Notes under the pieces: generated by a model
What the model saw: the letters and a program-made list of their open reading frames with translations, nothing else
Databases searched by the model: none
Told to the model about the DNA's origin: nothing
Made by a program: the position numbers and the translations under genes
Source: an uncultured Verrucomicrobiota bacterium
GTDB lineage: Bacteria > Verrucomicrobiota > Kiritimatiellia > CAIVKH01
Direction of reading: 5' to 3'
Length of the DNA: 64,000 bases
NCBI GenBank assembly: GCA_937872895.1
Contig: CALMUP010000005.1
Coordinates: 1 to 64,000 of the forward strand
Shown: positions 30,989 to 40,321 of the stretch, piece by piece
How positions within the stretch are numbered: position 1 is the stretch's first letter
Layout: every line of letters starts with the position of its first letter

Positions 30989-31521
30989 GTCGTGCCTCCC
31001 GCGAGGGTGGACGGACTTGGACACCGGGCGATCACGGCAGCCCGCGCGACGGCGAGCGGGGCTTCGCCCTCGGTGAGGGCAAGGACCCGCCGGCGCAGTT
31101 GGCGCGATTTCTCGATCAGGGCCTCCGTGGAGGCATCGACCGTGTTGTCGAGCACATCGGCGAGCTTGATCAGGCGGGCCTCCCACGGGCCGGCGGCGAG
31201 CTGGCGGTCGTAGTGTTCCTCGCGGTGGGCGGAAGGAAGGGACATGTTTTTGGTGAGGGTGGCGACCATGATCGCCACGCGTTCACCGAAGTGCTTGTGC
31301 AATTCGTCGTAATCGGTCTGGGTATCCTCGATGGTGTCGTGGAGCAAGGCGGCGGCGAGCACCTCGCCGTCGGTGCAGCCAAAGGTGTCGCGCACGATCA
31401 TGGCCACGCGGAACGGATGGGCGATGTAGGGGGTCTTGCCGTCCTTGCGCACCTGGTGCCGATGTTTCCACGCGGCGAACGACGCGGCGCGCATCCAGAT
31501 GTCACTGATACTTTCGTTCAT
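30985..31521 (-). CDS. HD-domain hydrolase (RelA/SpoT-type HD; small alarmone hydrolase-like)
   Basis: 'YIAHPFRVA...AALLHDTIEDT' HD motif as in the (p)ppGpp hydrolase domain; stop overlaps the next gene's start by 4 nt. Confidence 0.7.
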   Translation of the reverse strand: MNESISDIWMRAASFAAWKHRHQVRKDGKTPYIAHPFRVAMIVRDTFGCTDGEVLAAALLHDTIEDTQTDYDELHKHFGERVAIMVATLTKNMSLPSAHREEHYDRQLAAGPWEARLIKLADVLDNTVDASTEALIEKSRQLRRRVLALTEGEAPLAVARAAVIARCPSPSTLAGGTT

Positions 31522-32675
31522 GATGGCTCCACCGCGCCTCCCGCCCGGTAAAAGGTCACCGGCAGGCCCCCGTTGAGGAACGAGGCCACCCGCGTGACCG
31601 GCAGGCCGAGGTGTCCGGCCCAGCGCGGCGAGGAGGTCACCAGGTAGGTATGCCACAACGGACCGAGGGTACGCCAGACCGAACCCATGCGGGCGTACAG
31701 GTTGCGCAGGTCGGGGCCACCGCGCACGCGCTCGCCGTAAGGGGGATTGGTGATGATCCAGCCGGATGGCGCGGGGGCGGTGAAATCGCTGATGCTCTGG
31801 CAGGTAAAACGAACGAGGTCCCCCACCCCGGCGCGTGCGGCATTGGCCTCGGCGGCGGCGACGGCCCCGGCATCACGGTCGCTGCCGAGCAACGGCGGCA
31901 GGCCGGTGCGGCGCGGTGGCGGCACGGTGGCGAGCACGGAGCGCCACGCCGCGGCATCGAACGAGGGCCAGTCCATGAAGGCGAACCGGCGCGTTGCACC
32001 GGGCGGGATGCCGGCGGCGAGCAGGGCGGCTTCGATGACGATCGTGCCGGATCCGCAGAAAGGGTCGGCCAGCGCGGCGGCGGGATCCCATCCCGCGGCG
32101 AGGACCAGCGAGGCCGCAAGGGTCTCGCGCAACGGGGCCTTGGCCACCTGCTGCCGGTAGCCGCGGCGGTGCAGGTGCGCGCCGGAGCTGTCGATGGCGA
32201 TGGTGCAGCGGTTGCGGACGATGCGCACGAAGACCTGCAGCGCCCCGGCCTCGTCCTCGTCGCCCGGCTCGGCCAGCGGGCTCGGCTTCCCGAGCGCATC
32301 GCTGATCGCCCCGGCCACCCGTTCGGCGATGCCTTTCTTGTGGTAGAGCGCGGAGCCGTGGGTCGTGACCTTGATCCGCACCGGCGCGCCAGGCGCGAGG
32401 TAGGCGGACCAGGGCAGCCGCGCGGCTTTCTTGCGCAGCTCGCTGAAGGCGGCGGCGAGGAACGGTTCGGTGTTGATGCGCACACGGGCCGCGGTGCGCA
32501 GGTGGAGGTTCAACGCGTAGAGGGTGGCGTGGGTGACCTGCGCGCCGAGCAGGCCGGGCTCGGCGAGGCCTTCGGTCGAGCGTTCCTCGGCCACGCCGAG
32601 TCCGCGCAACTCGGCACGGGTGAGGTGCTCCAGGCCGGGTGTGCAGACGATCGAGATGGGGAGGAGTTCGCTCAT
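31518..32675 (-). CDS. THUMP-domain class I SAM-dependent RNA methyltransferase (RlmL N-terminal-like, COG0116)
   Basis: THUMP-like N-terminus, 'DPFCGSGTIVIEAAL' SAM-binding motif I, 'NPPYGER' catalytic motif. The ORF-track 797-aa version is an over-extension; start placed at ATG 32675. Confidence 0.75.
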   Translation of the reverse strand: MSELLPISIVCTPGLEHLTRAELRGLGVAEERSTEGLAEPGLLGAQVTHATLYALNLHLRTAARVRINTEPFLAAAFSELRKKAARLPWSAYLAPGAPVRIKVTTHGSALYHKKGIAERVAGAISDALGKPSPLAEPGDEDEAGALQVFVRIVRNRCTIAIDSSGAHLHRRGYRQQVAKAPLRETLAASLVLAAGWDPAAALADPFCGSGTIVIEAALLAAGIPPGATRRFAFMDWPSFDAAAWRSVLATVPPPRRTGLPPLLGSDRDAGAVAAAEANAARAGVGDLVRFTCQSISDFTAPAPSGWIITNPPYGERVRGGPDLRNLYARMGSVWRTLGPLWHTYLVTSSPRWAGHLGLPVTRVASFLNGGLPVTFYRAGGAVEPS

Positions 32676-33961
32676 GCGCCGCCGGCCTGGCGTCCGATCC
32701 AGGCCCCGAGTTCGACCAGGTTGGCCGGGTGCTCGGAGGTGGGGATCGAGGTGCGCCAGGCAACCTGGCAGGACCGCCCGTGGGTGCCGCCGACGCGGCG
32801 CGTGTCGAGGCTGACGCTCAACGGCGGCCAGCCGAAGAACAGTTCGCACGGATCGAAGCCCGGTTTGTTGTGGATGTCGATGTGCGTCGCGTAATCGGGG
32901 GCCTCGCGGCGGTCCTCCCACCACGGGTAGGCGAACCACGCGCCCGGTTCGGCCAACAGAATGAGCTCGCCGCTGTTCGGATGATCGAGGCCGACCTCGG
33001 CCGCCTGCGCGCGCGTCCAGACCCTGGCCACGCCGGGCATGCCGACGAAACTCTGGCGGACGAACTCGATCTTCGCCGGATCGGCCACAAACACATGCGC
33101 GAGCTCGTGGTCCACCATCGCGAACGCCTCGTAGTGGAAGAAGTCGGGATACCGCATGCCGCGCACGGTGCGGGTGCGGAACAGGCCGGCATCGACCAGG
33201 CGCCGGTTGGGGAACACCGCGCCGCGCTGAACCGGCTGGATCGCGTAGTCGCCGTAGATCACATGGTTGTAGCCGCACGCCGCACAGGCGTCGATGAACT
33301 GCGCCAGGTAGCCTTCCAGCGACCGCGCGGCGGCGGCCGCCTTGCCGTGTTCCGGGCCGTGGCGTTGCAGGTCGTAGTCGAGATGCGGGAGGTAGCCGAA
33401 CACCACGTCCGGCGCGGGATCCTTCATCACCCGGGCGAGGGCCTTGATGATCCATGCGCTGGATTTCCCGGAGGCGAGCGGACCCCAGTAGTGCATCAGG
33501 TTGAACGGGGAGCCGAGGTCGCGGCACAGGTCGGCATACAATGGCTCGGGCCGCGAGTGGCAATCCTGGATCATGCCGCCTTCGTGCTTGTGGATCGGGC
33601 GCGGCGAGACCACGAGGTCGAGTGCCTCGCCAAGGCTCTGCTGCCAGAACAGCATGCCGATGGACCGGCCGCGCCGGCGGGCCTCCTCCCAGACACGCGG
33701 ACCCTGCACCAGCGAGGCCGCCTGTTCCCAGAACAACACCTTCTTCAGGTCGCGGAAGAACAGGCCGTTGGCGACCATGCCGTGGCGCGCGGGCATCGAG
33801 GCGGTCCGCACCGAGGCCTGCACGGTACAGGTCACGGCGGGAAAGGCCGAGGTGGCCGGTTCGAACCTCGGGAGCGCAGAGCCCGCCAACCGTTTGGTGT
33901 AGAAATCCCACCCCAACGCCGCGACCTGCAGCACCGCCAGTTTTTTCCTCGGAACAGCCAT
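32672..33961 (-). CDS. Alkaline-phosphatase-superfamily protein (nucleotide pyrophosphatase/phosphodiesterase-like)
   Basis: 'FPAVTCTVQASVRTASMPARHGMVANG' parallels the NPP active-site Thr region (FP..T.PN..T..TG..P..HGI..N); overlaps the downstream start by 4 nt. Confidence 0.6.
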   Translation of the reverse strand: MAVPRKKLAVLQVAALGWDFYTKRLAGSALPRFEPATSAFPAVTCTVQASVRTASMPARHGMVANGLFFRDLKKVLFWEQAASLVQGPRVWEEARRRGRSIGMLFWQQSLGEALDLVVSPRPIHKHEGGMIQDCHSRPEPLYADLCRDLGSPFNLMHYWGPLASGKSSAWIIKALARVMKDPAPDVVFGYLPHLDYDLQRHGPEHGKAAAAARSLEGYLAQFIDACAACGYNHVIYGDYAIQPVQRGAVFPNRRLVDAGLFRTRTVRGMRYPDFFHYEAFAMVDHELAHVFVADPAKIEFVRQSFVGMPGVARVWTRAQAAEVGLDHPNSGELILLAEPGAWFAYPWWEDRREAPDYATHIDIHNKPGFDPCELFFGWPPLSVSLDTRRVGGTHGRSCQVAWRTSIPTSEHPANLVELGAWIGRQAGGA

Positions 33962-34078
33962 GCCGCCACGCTACCAGAAGAGGGCGATCAATGCCGTCCT
34001 TTTTTCACGGGGCACCCACCTGCCTGCGGCGCGTATCCGCTCACTTGCAAAGCAGGATCGGTGGCGTAGGTTGGTGGG

Positions 34079-35557
34079 ATGTCCGCGATCACCCTGATTT
34101 TCCCGCACCAGTTGTTCGATCCGCATCCCGCGCTCGACCCGCGACGCCCGGTGTGGCTGGTCGAGGACAGCCTGTTCTTCGGCGCCGATCCGCACCAGCC
34201 GCTCGCGTTCCACCAGCACAAGCTGGTGCTGCACCGGGCCAGTATGCAGGCCTACGCGGAACGGCTGCGGCGCAAGGGCTTCACCGTTCATTACCTCGAG
34301 CATGCACCGGGCCAGGCTACCGGCGAGTCGTTGCCCAGGGCCGATGCCGTCTGGCTGGCCGATCCGGTGGACTACCTGCTCGAACGCCGCCTGCGCCGCT
34401 GGGCGAAGCAGCACCGGGCGGAACTCCGCCTGCTTGAATCGCCGATGTTCCTGACCCCGCGCGACTGGTTCGAGCCGTGGTTCGACGGGCGCAAGCGCTA
34501 CTTCATGGCCGACTTCTACACCGCGCAGCGCAAACGGCTGGGCATCCTCGTGGAGCCGGACGGCAAACCCACCGGCGGCGCGTGGAGCTTTGATACGGAG
34601 AACCGCAAACGCTGGCCGGCGAAGCAGGAGCCGCCGCCGGTGTATGCCCCGCCCGCAGGTCCGGGCCTGCGGGCGGCGATCGCCCATGTGGCGGAGCGCT
34701 ACGCTCACCATCCGGGCCGGGCCGATACGTTCTGGCATCCGGTCACCCACGAACAGGCCCTGGCCGCCCTGCACCACTTCCTGCGGCACCGGCTGTCCGG
34801 CTTCGGCGACTTCGAGGATGCGATCACCCGCACCCACCCCGTGCTGCACCACTCCGTCCTGACCCCCGCGCTGAACACCGGCCTGATCACCCCGGCCACC
34901 GTCGTGCGGGAAACCCTCGCCCACGCGGCGAAGCATGCTGTCGCGCTCAACGACCTCGAGGGCTTCCTCCGCCAGATCATCGGCTGGCGCGAGTTCATGC
35001 GCATCGTGTACGTACGCGAAGGCGTACGCCAGCGCACCGCGAATTTCTGGAACCACCGGCGCCGGTTGTCCGGCGCCTGGTACGACGGGACGACCGGGCT
35101 GGCCCCGCTCGACACGGTCATCCGCCGCGTGATCGATCGGGGGTACTGCCACCACATCGAGCGGCTGATGGTCGCGGGCAATGCGATGCTGCTGTGCGAG
35201 ATCGATCCGAACGAGGTGTATCGCTGGTTCATGGAACTGTTCATCGACGCCTACGACTGGGTCATGGTGCCGAATGTCTACGGGATGAGCCAGTATGCCG
35301 ACGGCGGCCTGATCACGACCAAGCCGTACCTGTCGGGCTCGAACTACCTGAAGAAGATGAGCGATGTCCCGGAAGGTCCGTGGTGCGGCACCTGGGACGG
35401 CCTGTACTGGCGGTTCATCGACCGGCACCGGGATTTCTTCGCGGCCAATCCGCGGCTCTCCATGATGGTCCGCACGCTGGAGCGGATGACCCCGGAGCGA
35501 CGCGACCTGCTGATGAAGCAGGCCGAGGGGTTCCTCGAAGGCCGCGACCAAGGTTAG
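34079..35557 (+). CDS. FeS-BCP-type cryptochrome/(6-4) photolyase family protein (PhrB/CryB-like, COG3046)
   Basis: N-terminal 'ITLIFPHQLF.....VWLVED..F' and C-terminal '..YLKKMSD...GPWCGTWDGLYWRFIDRHRDFF' match the bacterial photolyase-related family. Confidence 0.8.
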   Translation: MSAITLIFPHQLFDPHPALDPRRPVWLVEDSLFFGADPHQPLAFHQHKLVLHRASMQAYAERLRRKGFTVHYLEHAPGQATGESLPRADAVWLADPVDYLLERRLRRWAKQHRAELRLLESPMFLTPRDWFEPWFDGRKRYFMADFYTAQRKRLGILVEPDGKPTGGAWSFDTENRKRWPAKQEPPPVYAPPAGPGLRAAIAHVAERYAHHPGRADTFWHPVTHEQALAALHHFLRHRLSGFGDFEDAITRTHPVLHHSVLTPALNTGLITPATVVRETLAHAAKHAVALNDLEGFLRQIIGWREFMRIVYVREGVRQRTANFWNHRRRLSGAWYDGTTGLAPLDTVIRRVIDRGYCHHIERLMVAGNAMLLCEIDPNEVYRWFMELFIDAYDWVMVPNVYGMSQYADGGLITTKPYLSGSNYLKKMSDVPEGPWCGTWDGLYWRFIDRHRDFFAANPRLSMMVRTLERMTPERRDLLMKQAEGFLEGRDQG

Positions 35558-35569
35558 AATGTCATGCGC

Positions 35570-36520
35570 TCAACTCGCCGCGAACGCGCGGGCCAGCCAG
35601 CGGTTCAACGGCCACGCGACCAACAGCAGGAAACCGACGAACAAGCCGCCTGCGGACTCGGCATGACCGACCACCACCGCGGCCTGCATCGGGATCAAGG
35701 CCGAGATCATCATGCCGATGGCCGGTGGATGGATCGTGCGCAGGTCGATGGTGCGTGTGCGGCCGGACGGCAGGTGCACTACCGGATGCGTGCCGAGGCG
35801 GATCGCCGATTGCAGGGTGATCAGCACCGCGAAGATCAGGCAGAAGAAGGCCCGCGTATTACCTTCTGAATTCCACTGCGGCGCATGCCAGAAAACATAC
35901 CCGCCGCCCACCACGCAGATCAACAGGGGAAGCCATCGGTCGAGTTCATACTGACGCGCCGCCATCTCGCGCGACGCCAGCCAGGTGACCGCCGCGACGT
36001 AGGCCCACCACCACACGAACAGCACCAGGTATTCGTGCGACCAGGTTTCCGGATGGGCCGCTACCACCCCGAACGAAAGGTTGAGCGCCCGGCACAGGCC
36101 CATGCTCACCGCCCCGATGGCACGGTGCGTGCGGGCAAGCAGGTTGTAACCGGAAATGGCCACGACCAACGCCACGCCGCCGGCCAACATCGCACCACCG
36201 CCCGCAGCGGCGAGGAACAAGCCCGCAGTGAACACGACTCCCAGCAACCATGTCGCCGCCCGCACCGATACCGCGCCGGATGGCAACGGGCGGTTCGGTC
36301 GCTCATGCTGGTCGGTGGCGCGGTCGGCGAGGTCGTTCATGACCAGGCCGCCGATGTAGAACAGCAGGCTGGCCATCACCGCGGCCGGTACGGCGGGTTG
36401 CGACAGCCCTGCCGATCCACCGACCAGCACGCACCCGGCCAGAACATCACCCGGAACGGTGACGAGGTTGGGCAAGCGGATCAGCGCCAGCCAGGCGGGG
36501 ATGGAACGGGTTTTCGACAA
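35570..36520 (-). CDS. UbiA-family prenyltransferase
   Basis: Polytopic membrane protein with 'NDLADRATDQHERPNRPLPSG' (UbiA Asp-rich motif). Confidence 0.75.
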   Translation of the reverse strand: MSKTRSIPAWLALIRLPNLVTVPGDVLAGCVLVGGSAGLSQPAVPAAVMASLLFYIGGLVMNDLADRATDQHERPNRPLPSGAVSVRAATWLLGVVFTAGLFLAAAGGGAMLAGGVALVVAISGYNLLARTHRAIGAVSMGLCRALNLSFGVVAAHPETWSHEYLVLFVWWWAYVAAVTWLASREMAARQYELDRWLPLLICVVGGGYVFWHAPQWNSEGNTRAFFCLIFAVLITLQSAIRLGTHPVVHLPSGRTRTIDLRTIHPPAIGMMISALIPMQAAVVVGHAESAGGLFVGFLLLVAWPLNRWLARAFAAS

Positions 36521-36605
36521 CGGACAATCTCCCTGATACGTAGGTGGTACCCTGCCAGATTTACTTTTCCCTGTAAATCAACGTTCGCGTCGGTACACTG
36601 TCTCA

Positions 36606-36881
36606 ATGTTCCAGATACAGGCGACGATCCAGAACGAGCACGGCATCCACTGCCGACCCACCGCGTTGATCATGCGATCGATCGGCGACTACAGCGGGCG
36701 TATTGAAGTGGTGTGCGGTAACGGCCGCTCCAATCCGCGGTCGATGCTCGGCCTGATGTCGCTCGGCCTAGCCAAGGGCGTGGAGATCGTCATCGAGGTG
36801 GACGGCCCCGACGAGGAGTCCATGGGCCTGCGCCTGAAGGAACTGTTCGAGACGCATTTTGATTTCGTCCGCGACGACTAA
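36606..36881 (+). CDS. HPr-family phosphocarrier protein
   Basis: 'NEHGIHCRPTA' (active-site His) and 'RSMLGLMSLGLAKG' (regulatory Ser region); 91 aa. Confidence 0.7.
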   Translation: MFQIQATIQNEHGIHCRPTALIMRSIGDYSGRIEVVCGNGRSNPRSMLGLMSLGLAKGVEIVIEVDGPDEESMGLRLKELFETHFDFVRDD

Positions 36882-36903
36882 CCGCGGACCCGGAGACGAA
36901 CCG

Positions 36904-37773
36904 ATGAAACGACTGGCTGTGCTGTTGCTCACCCTCGCGCCCATGCTCGCCCCGGCCCAGGGGTTCCTGATGTGGCAGGCCCAGAAGGACGACCGGGTGA
37001 TCCACCTGCTGGCCGCGATCCCGTTTCTCTCCGCCAACGTGGCGACCGATCTCGGACCTGATGTCATCGCCGCCTACAACGAATCGAAACTGGTCGCGTT
37101 CGAGGCGGAACCTGATCCGGAACGGCGCAAGGAAGGGCACCGGCTGATCATCCAGGCCGGCCGTTATCCCGAGGACGACACGCTGCTCAACCACCTGACC
37201 CCCGCCCTGCGCAAGACCTACCAGCGGCTCGCCACCGAGTGGGCGTTGAACACCGACAACCTGAACCGGCTGAAACCGTGGATGGCGGCCCAGACCCTGC
37301 TGCGCATTGCGATGACCCAGTCGAAGGTCCGGCTGGGCGACGACCTCGAGAAGCTCTTGTATGTGCGGGCGAAGATCGATGACCGGCCCATGGCGTTCCT
37401 GAATACCGCGCAGCGCACGGTGGATCTCTACACCAGCCTCGACGATGCGTTGCACCTGCGCATCTTCGAGAAGGCCCTGGGCGATGCCCGCACCCTGACC
37501 AACCTGCTGCCTGCGGTGGAGACCGCCTGGCGCGCCGGCGATGCCGACACCGCGACGTCGCTGGTGCGCGGGAGTTTCGCCGGCTTCGAAGATGTATACC
37601 GGGCCCTGTTTCCCGGCCGCAACGCCGCCTGGGCGGAGGACCTCGATGCGCACAGCGTGATCGAGGGCGACATCCTCGCCATCATCGGCCTGAGCCACCT
37701 CGTGGGCGAGGACAGCGTGCTGGACGCGCTCGCCGCGCGCGGCTACCGGATCGCCCAGGTCGTTGCGCCCTGA
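36904..37773 (+). CDS. TraB/GumN-family protein (secreted)
   Basis: Signal peptide MKRLAVLLLTLAPMLAPAQG; family motif '..AIIGLSHLVGEDSVLDALAARGYRI'. Confidence 0.7.
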   Translation: MKRLAVLLLTLAPMLAPAQGFLMWQAQKDDRVIHLLAAIPFLSANVATDLGPDVIAAYNESKLVAFEAEPDPERRKEGHRLIIQAGRYPEDDTLLNHLTPALRKTYQRLATEWALNTDNLNRLKPWMAAQTLLRIAMTQSKVRLGDDLEKLLYVRAKIDDRPMAFLNTAQRTVDLYTSLDDALHLRIFEKALGDARTLTNLLPAVETAWRAGDADTATSLVRGSFAGFEDVYRALFPGRNAAWAEDLDAHSVIEGDILAIIGLSHLVGEDSVLDALAARGYRIAQVVAP

Positions 37774-37794
37774 AAAAGCCCGCCCGGGCGAGGA

Positions 37795-38442
37795 TCAGTT
37801 CGGATTCTGCCACGCCTTGATGAAGGCATCGGCCTCGGCAATGGCCTTGTCCATGTCGGCAATCAGACGGCTGACGTCGCCCTTGATCTTCACCACTTCG
37901 CCCTGGATGCTGGAGATGGCGGCACTGTTCAGGTTGTGCTTCAGGAACAGCACCTGATCGCGGAAGGAGGCGAGCACGGGATCCATCTGGGCCGATGCGG
38001 TCTTCATCGCCTTGATCATCTGTTCGTACCGGGCCTGGGAGGCCTTGAGCTGCGCTTCGCTCTGCTTGCGCAATTCGGCATTCGTGTAGGTCTTGATCTC
38101 CGCCTTCCACTCCTTGAACAAGGCTCCGCTCACCGATTCGATGCTGGCGATGCGGCTATGCACCTCGTTCACATCGGCCTCGGTCTCCTTGAACAATGCA
38201 TTGAACTTGTTGTAGGTCTTTTCGAGATCGCCCGACTTGATCTCCACCACGGCGGAGAATTGTTCGAGGGTGGTCTTGATCGTTTCCTTGGCCTCGTCCT
38301 GCGCCTTGCGCGCACCGAGCACGCGATCAACCATGATCTCGCGCTTGTCGATGCCAACCTTCTCCATGGCCCCGTAATAGGCGCTCTTGCATCCACTGAC
38401 AGACAGGGCGGCCAACAGGCCGATGATCCAAAGGTTCTTCAT
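37795..38442 (-). CDS. DUF2959-family lipoprotein
   Basis: Lipobox LSVSGC; 'SAYYGAMEKVGIDKREIMVDRV' and 'VLFLKHNLNSAAI' segments match DUF2959. Confidence 0.65.
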   Translation of the reverse strand: MKNLWIIGLLAALSVSGCKSAYYGAMEKVGIDKREIMVDRVLGARKAQDEAKETIKTTLEQFSAVVEIKSGDLEKTYNKFNALFKETEADVNEVHSRIASIESVSGALFKEWKAEIKTYTNAELRKQSEAQLKASQARYEQMIKAMKTASAQMDPVLASFRDQVLFLKHNLNSAAISSIQGEVVKIKGDVSRLIADMDKAIAEADAFIKAWQNPN

Positions 38443-38459
38443 GCCATGCTCCTTGCGGG

Positions 38460-39512
38460 TTATCCGTATTGTTCAGCAATCCACTTCTGGTAATCGCCAC
38501 TGCGCACCCGCTCAACCCACCGCGTGTTCTCGAGGAACCAGTGGACGGTCTTGCGTATGCCGGACTCGAACGACTCCTCGGGCTTCCAACCCAGCTCGCG
38601 TTCCAGCTTGCTGCAGTCAATGGCATAACGACGGTCGTGGCCGGGGCGATCCTTCACATAGGTGATCAGCGAACGGCGGGCCACGCCCGGCTTCATCTCG
38701 CCGAGCACATCGTCGAGGATATCGCAGATCGTGGTGACCACATCGATGTTCTTCATCTCGTTGCGGCCACCGATGTTGTAGGTCTGTCCCTTCCGTCCGC
38801 GGTTCATGATCTCCCAGATCGCGATGTTGTGGTCGCGCACATAGAGCCAGTCGCGCACGTTCTGGCCATCGCCGTAGACCGGCAGGGGTTTGCCGTCGCG
38901 GGCGTTGAGGATCATCAGCGAAATGAGCTTTTCCGGGAACTGGTAAGGTCCGTAGTTGTTCGAGCAATTCGAAATGGTGACCGGGAGCTTGTAGGTCTCG
39001 TGGTAAGCGCGGACGATGTGATCGGACGAGGCCTTGGAGGCGGAATACGGACTGTTCGGGGAATACGGGGTGTCCTCGACGAAATAGCCGGTGTCACCCA
39101 GGCTGCCAAACACCTCGTCGGTGCTGACATGGTGGAAAAGGGTGATCCGGTCCATGCGCTCGCGGGCCAGTTGCACCAGGGTGTAGGTACCGACGATGTT
39201 GGTCTGGATGAAATCGTCGGGACGGACGATCGACCGGTCCACGTGCGATTCGGCGGCAAAGTGGGCGATGGCATCCACCTCGTACCGGTCCAGTGCATCG
39301 GCCATTGCCGCACGGTCACAGATGTCGGCCTTGATCAGGATGTAGCGGCCGGCGAACGCATCCTCGAGATCGGCCAGACTCTCGGGATTTCCGGCATAGG
39401 TTAGCTTGTCGACGTTGACGATCCGTCCCTTGAAGTCCGTTTCGGTCAGGAGGTAACGAATGAAATTCGCGCCAATGAAACCACAGCCTCCGGTAACCAG
39501 CAGATTCTTCAT
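38460..39512 (-). CDS. rfbB: dTDP-glucose 4,6-dehydratase
   Basis: MKNLLVTGGCGFIGANFIRYLL...; SDR-extended, YxxxK; full-length RfbB pattern. Confidence 0.9.
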   Translation of the reverse strand: MKNLLVTGGCGFIGANFIRYLLTETDFKGRIVNVDKLTYAGNPESLADLEDAFAGRYILIKADICDRAAMADALDRYEVDAIAHFAAESHVDRSIVRPDDFIQTNIVGTYTLVQLARERMDRITLFHHVSTDEVFGSLGDTGYFVEDTPYSPNSPYSASKASSDHIVRAYHETYKLPVTISNCSNNYGPYQFPEKLISLMILNARDGKPLPVYGDGQNVRDWLYVRDHNIAIWEIMNRGRKGQTYNIGGRNEMKNIDVVTTICDILDDVLGEMKPGVARRSLITYVKDRPGHDRRYAIDCSKLERELGWKPEESFESGIRKTVHWFLENTRWVERVRSGDYQKWIAEQYG

Positions 39513-39637
39513 GAAGGGACTCCCATGTCCCCAAGAAGCTAGGGCTCGGACGGGCTTTTAGCAAACCTTTTTGGGTCGGTGGCGCAGCCGGAATCACGGG
39601 ACCGGGTTGACCCGAAAGGTGCGATCATCCGACGGGT

Positions 39638-39832
39638 TCAACCCCGTATGTCCAGCTCCACGTAATCCTCGCCGACCGAGGTGCAGGGACACAGCTCGAG
39701 GCGATAGCGGATTTCCTCTCGCAGGGCATCGAGGGCGTTGGTTGGACTGAGGGCGCGGGTGGCGAGACCGAGGTCGGGGCACTCGGCAATGTATTCGCCA
39801 TCATCACTGTGCAGGCTGACCGTGTACTTCAT
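39638..39832 (-). CDS. HicB-like (UPF0150) small protein, antitoxin-domain only
   Basis: MKYTVSLHSDDGEYIAECPDLGLATRALSPTNALDALREEI matches the HicB N-terminal RNase-H-like fold signature; 64 aa, no DNA-binding tail, no adjacent HicA. Confidence 0.5.
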   Translation of the reverse strand: MKYTVSLHSDDGEYIAECPDLGLATRALSPTNALDALREEIRYRLELCPCTSVGEDYVELDIRG

Positions 39833-39913
39833 GACATCTACAGCATACCCCTGCACCGGTCATCCGTAGAGCCCGGTCTTGCCATCCGGCCGGCCGAAGC
39901 GTAGGTTGATCGT

Positions 39914-40309
39914 ATGAAATCCATCCCCGCGCTTCTCGTTGCCGCGTTGTGGCTCATCGCCCCCACCCTGCCGCTCCACGCCGAAACAACCGAGGTTTCG
40001 GACGGCGGTCAAGTCATCCAGCTTCGCGATGTGCTGAATCACGGCGAAGCGGGCATCCTGGTGTTCTACGCGCCGTGGCACACCGAATCGGTCAGCCTGA
40101 AGGAGGAGATGGAATCCTGGGCCAACCAGTACAATCTCACCGTGGTGCTGGTGGACGTGGTTGATGAGCGGACGCAGGTGTACCAGCAATTTGATCTCGA
40201 CCGGCTCCCGGCCATGCTGATTTTCGACACGAGCCACGACCAGGTGGGCGGTCAACTGGACTCGGTCTCCGAGCTCGAGGACGCCCTGCGCGACGCCGGC
40301 CTGATCTAG
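39914..40309 (+). CDS. Secreted thioredoxin-fold protein lacking CxxC (WHTES in place of WCxxC)
   Basis: Signal peptide; 'ILVFYAPWHTESVSLKEEMESWA' thioredoxin-like beta-alpha-beta but no Cys. Confidence 0.45.
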   Translation: MKSIPALLVAALWLIAPTLPLHAETTEVSDGGQVIQLRDVLNHGEAGILVFYAPWHTESVSLKEEMESWANQYNLTVVLVDVVDERTQVYQQFDLDRLPAMLIFDTSHDQVGGQLDSVSELEDALRDAGLI

Positions 40310-40321
40310 GTAACGCCAGGA

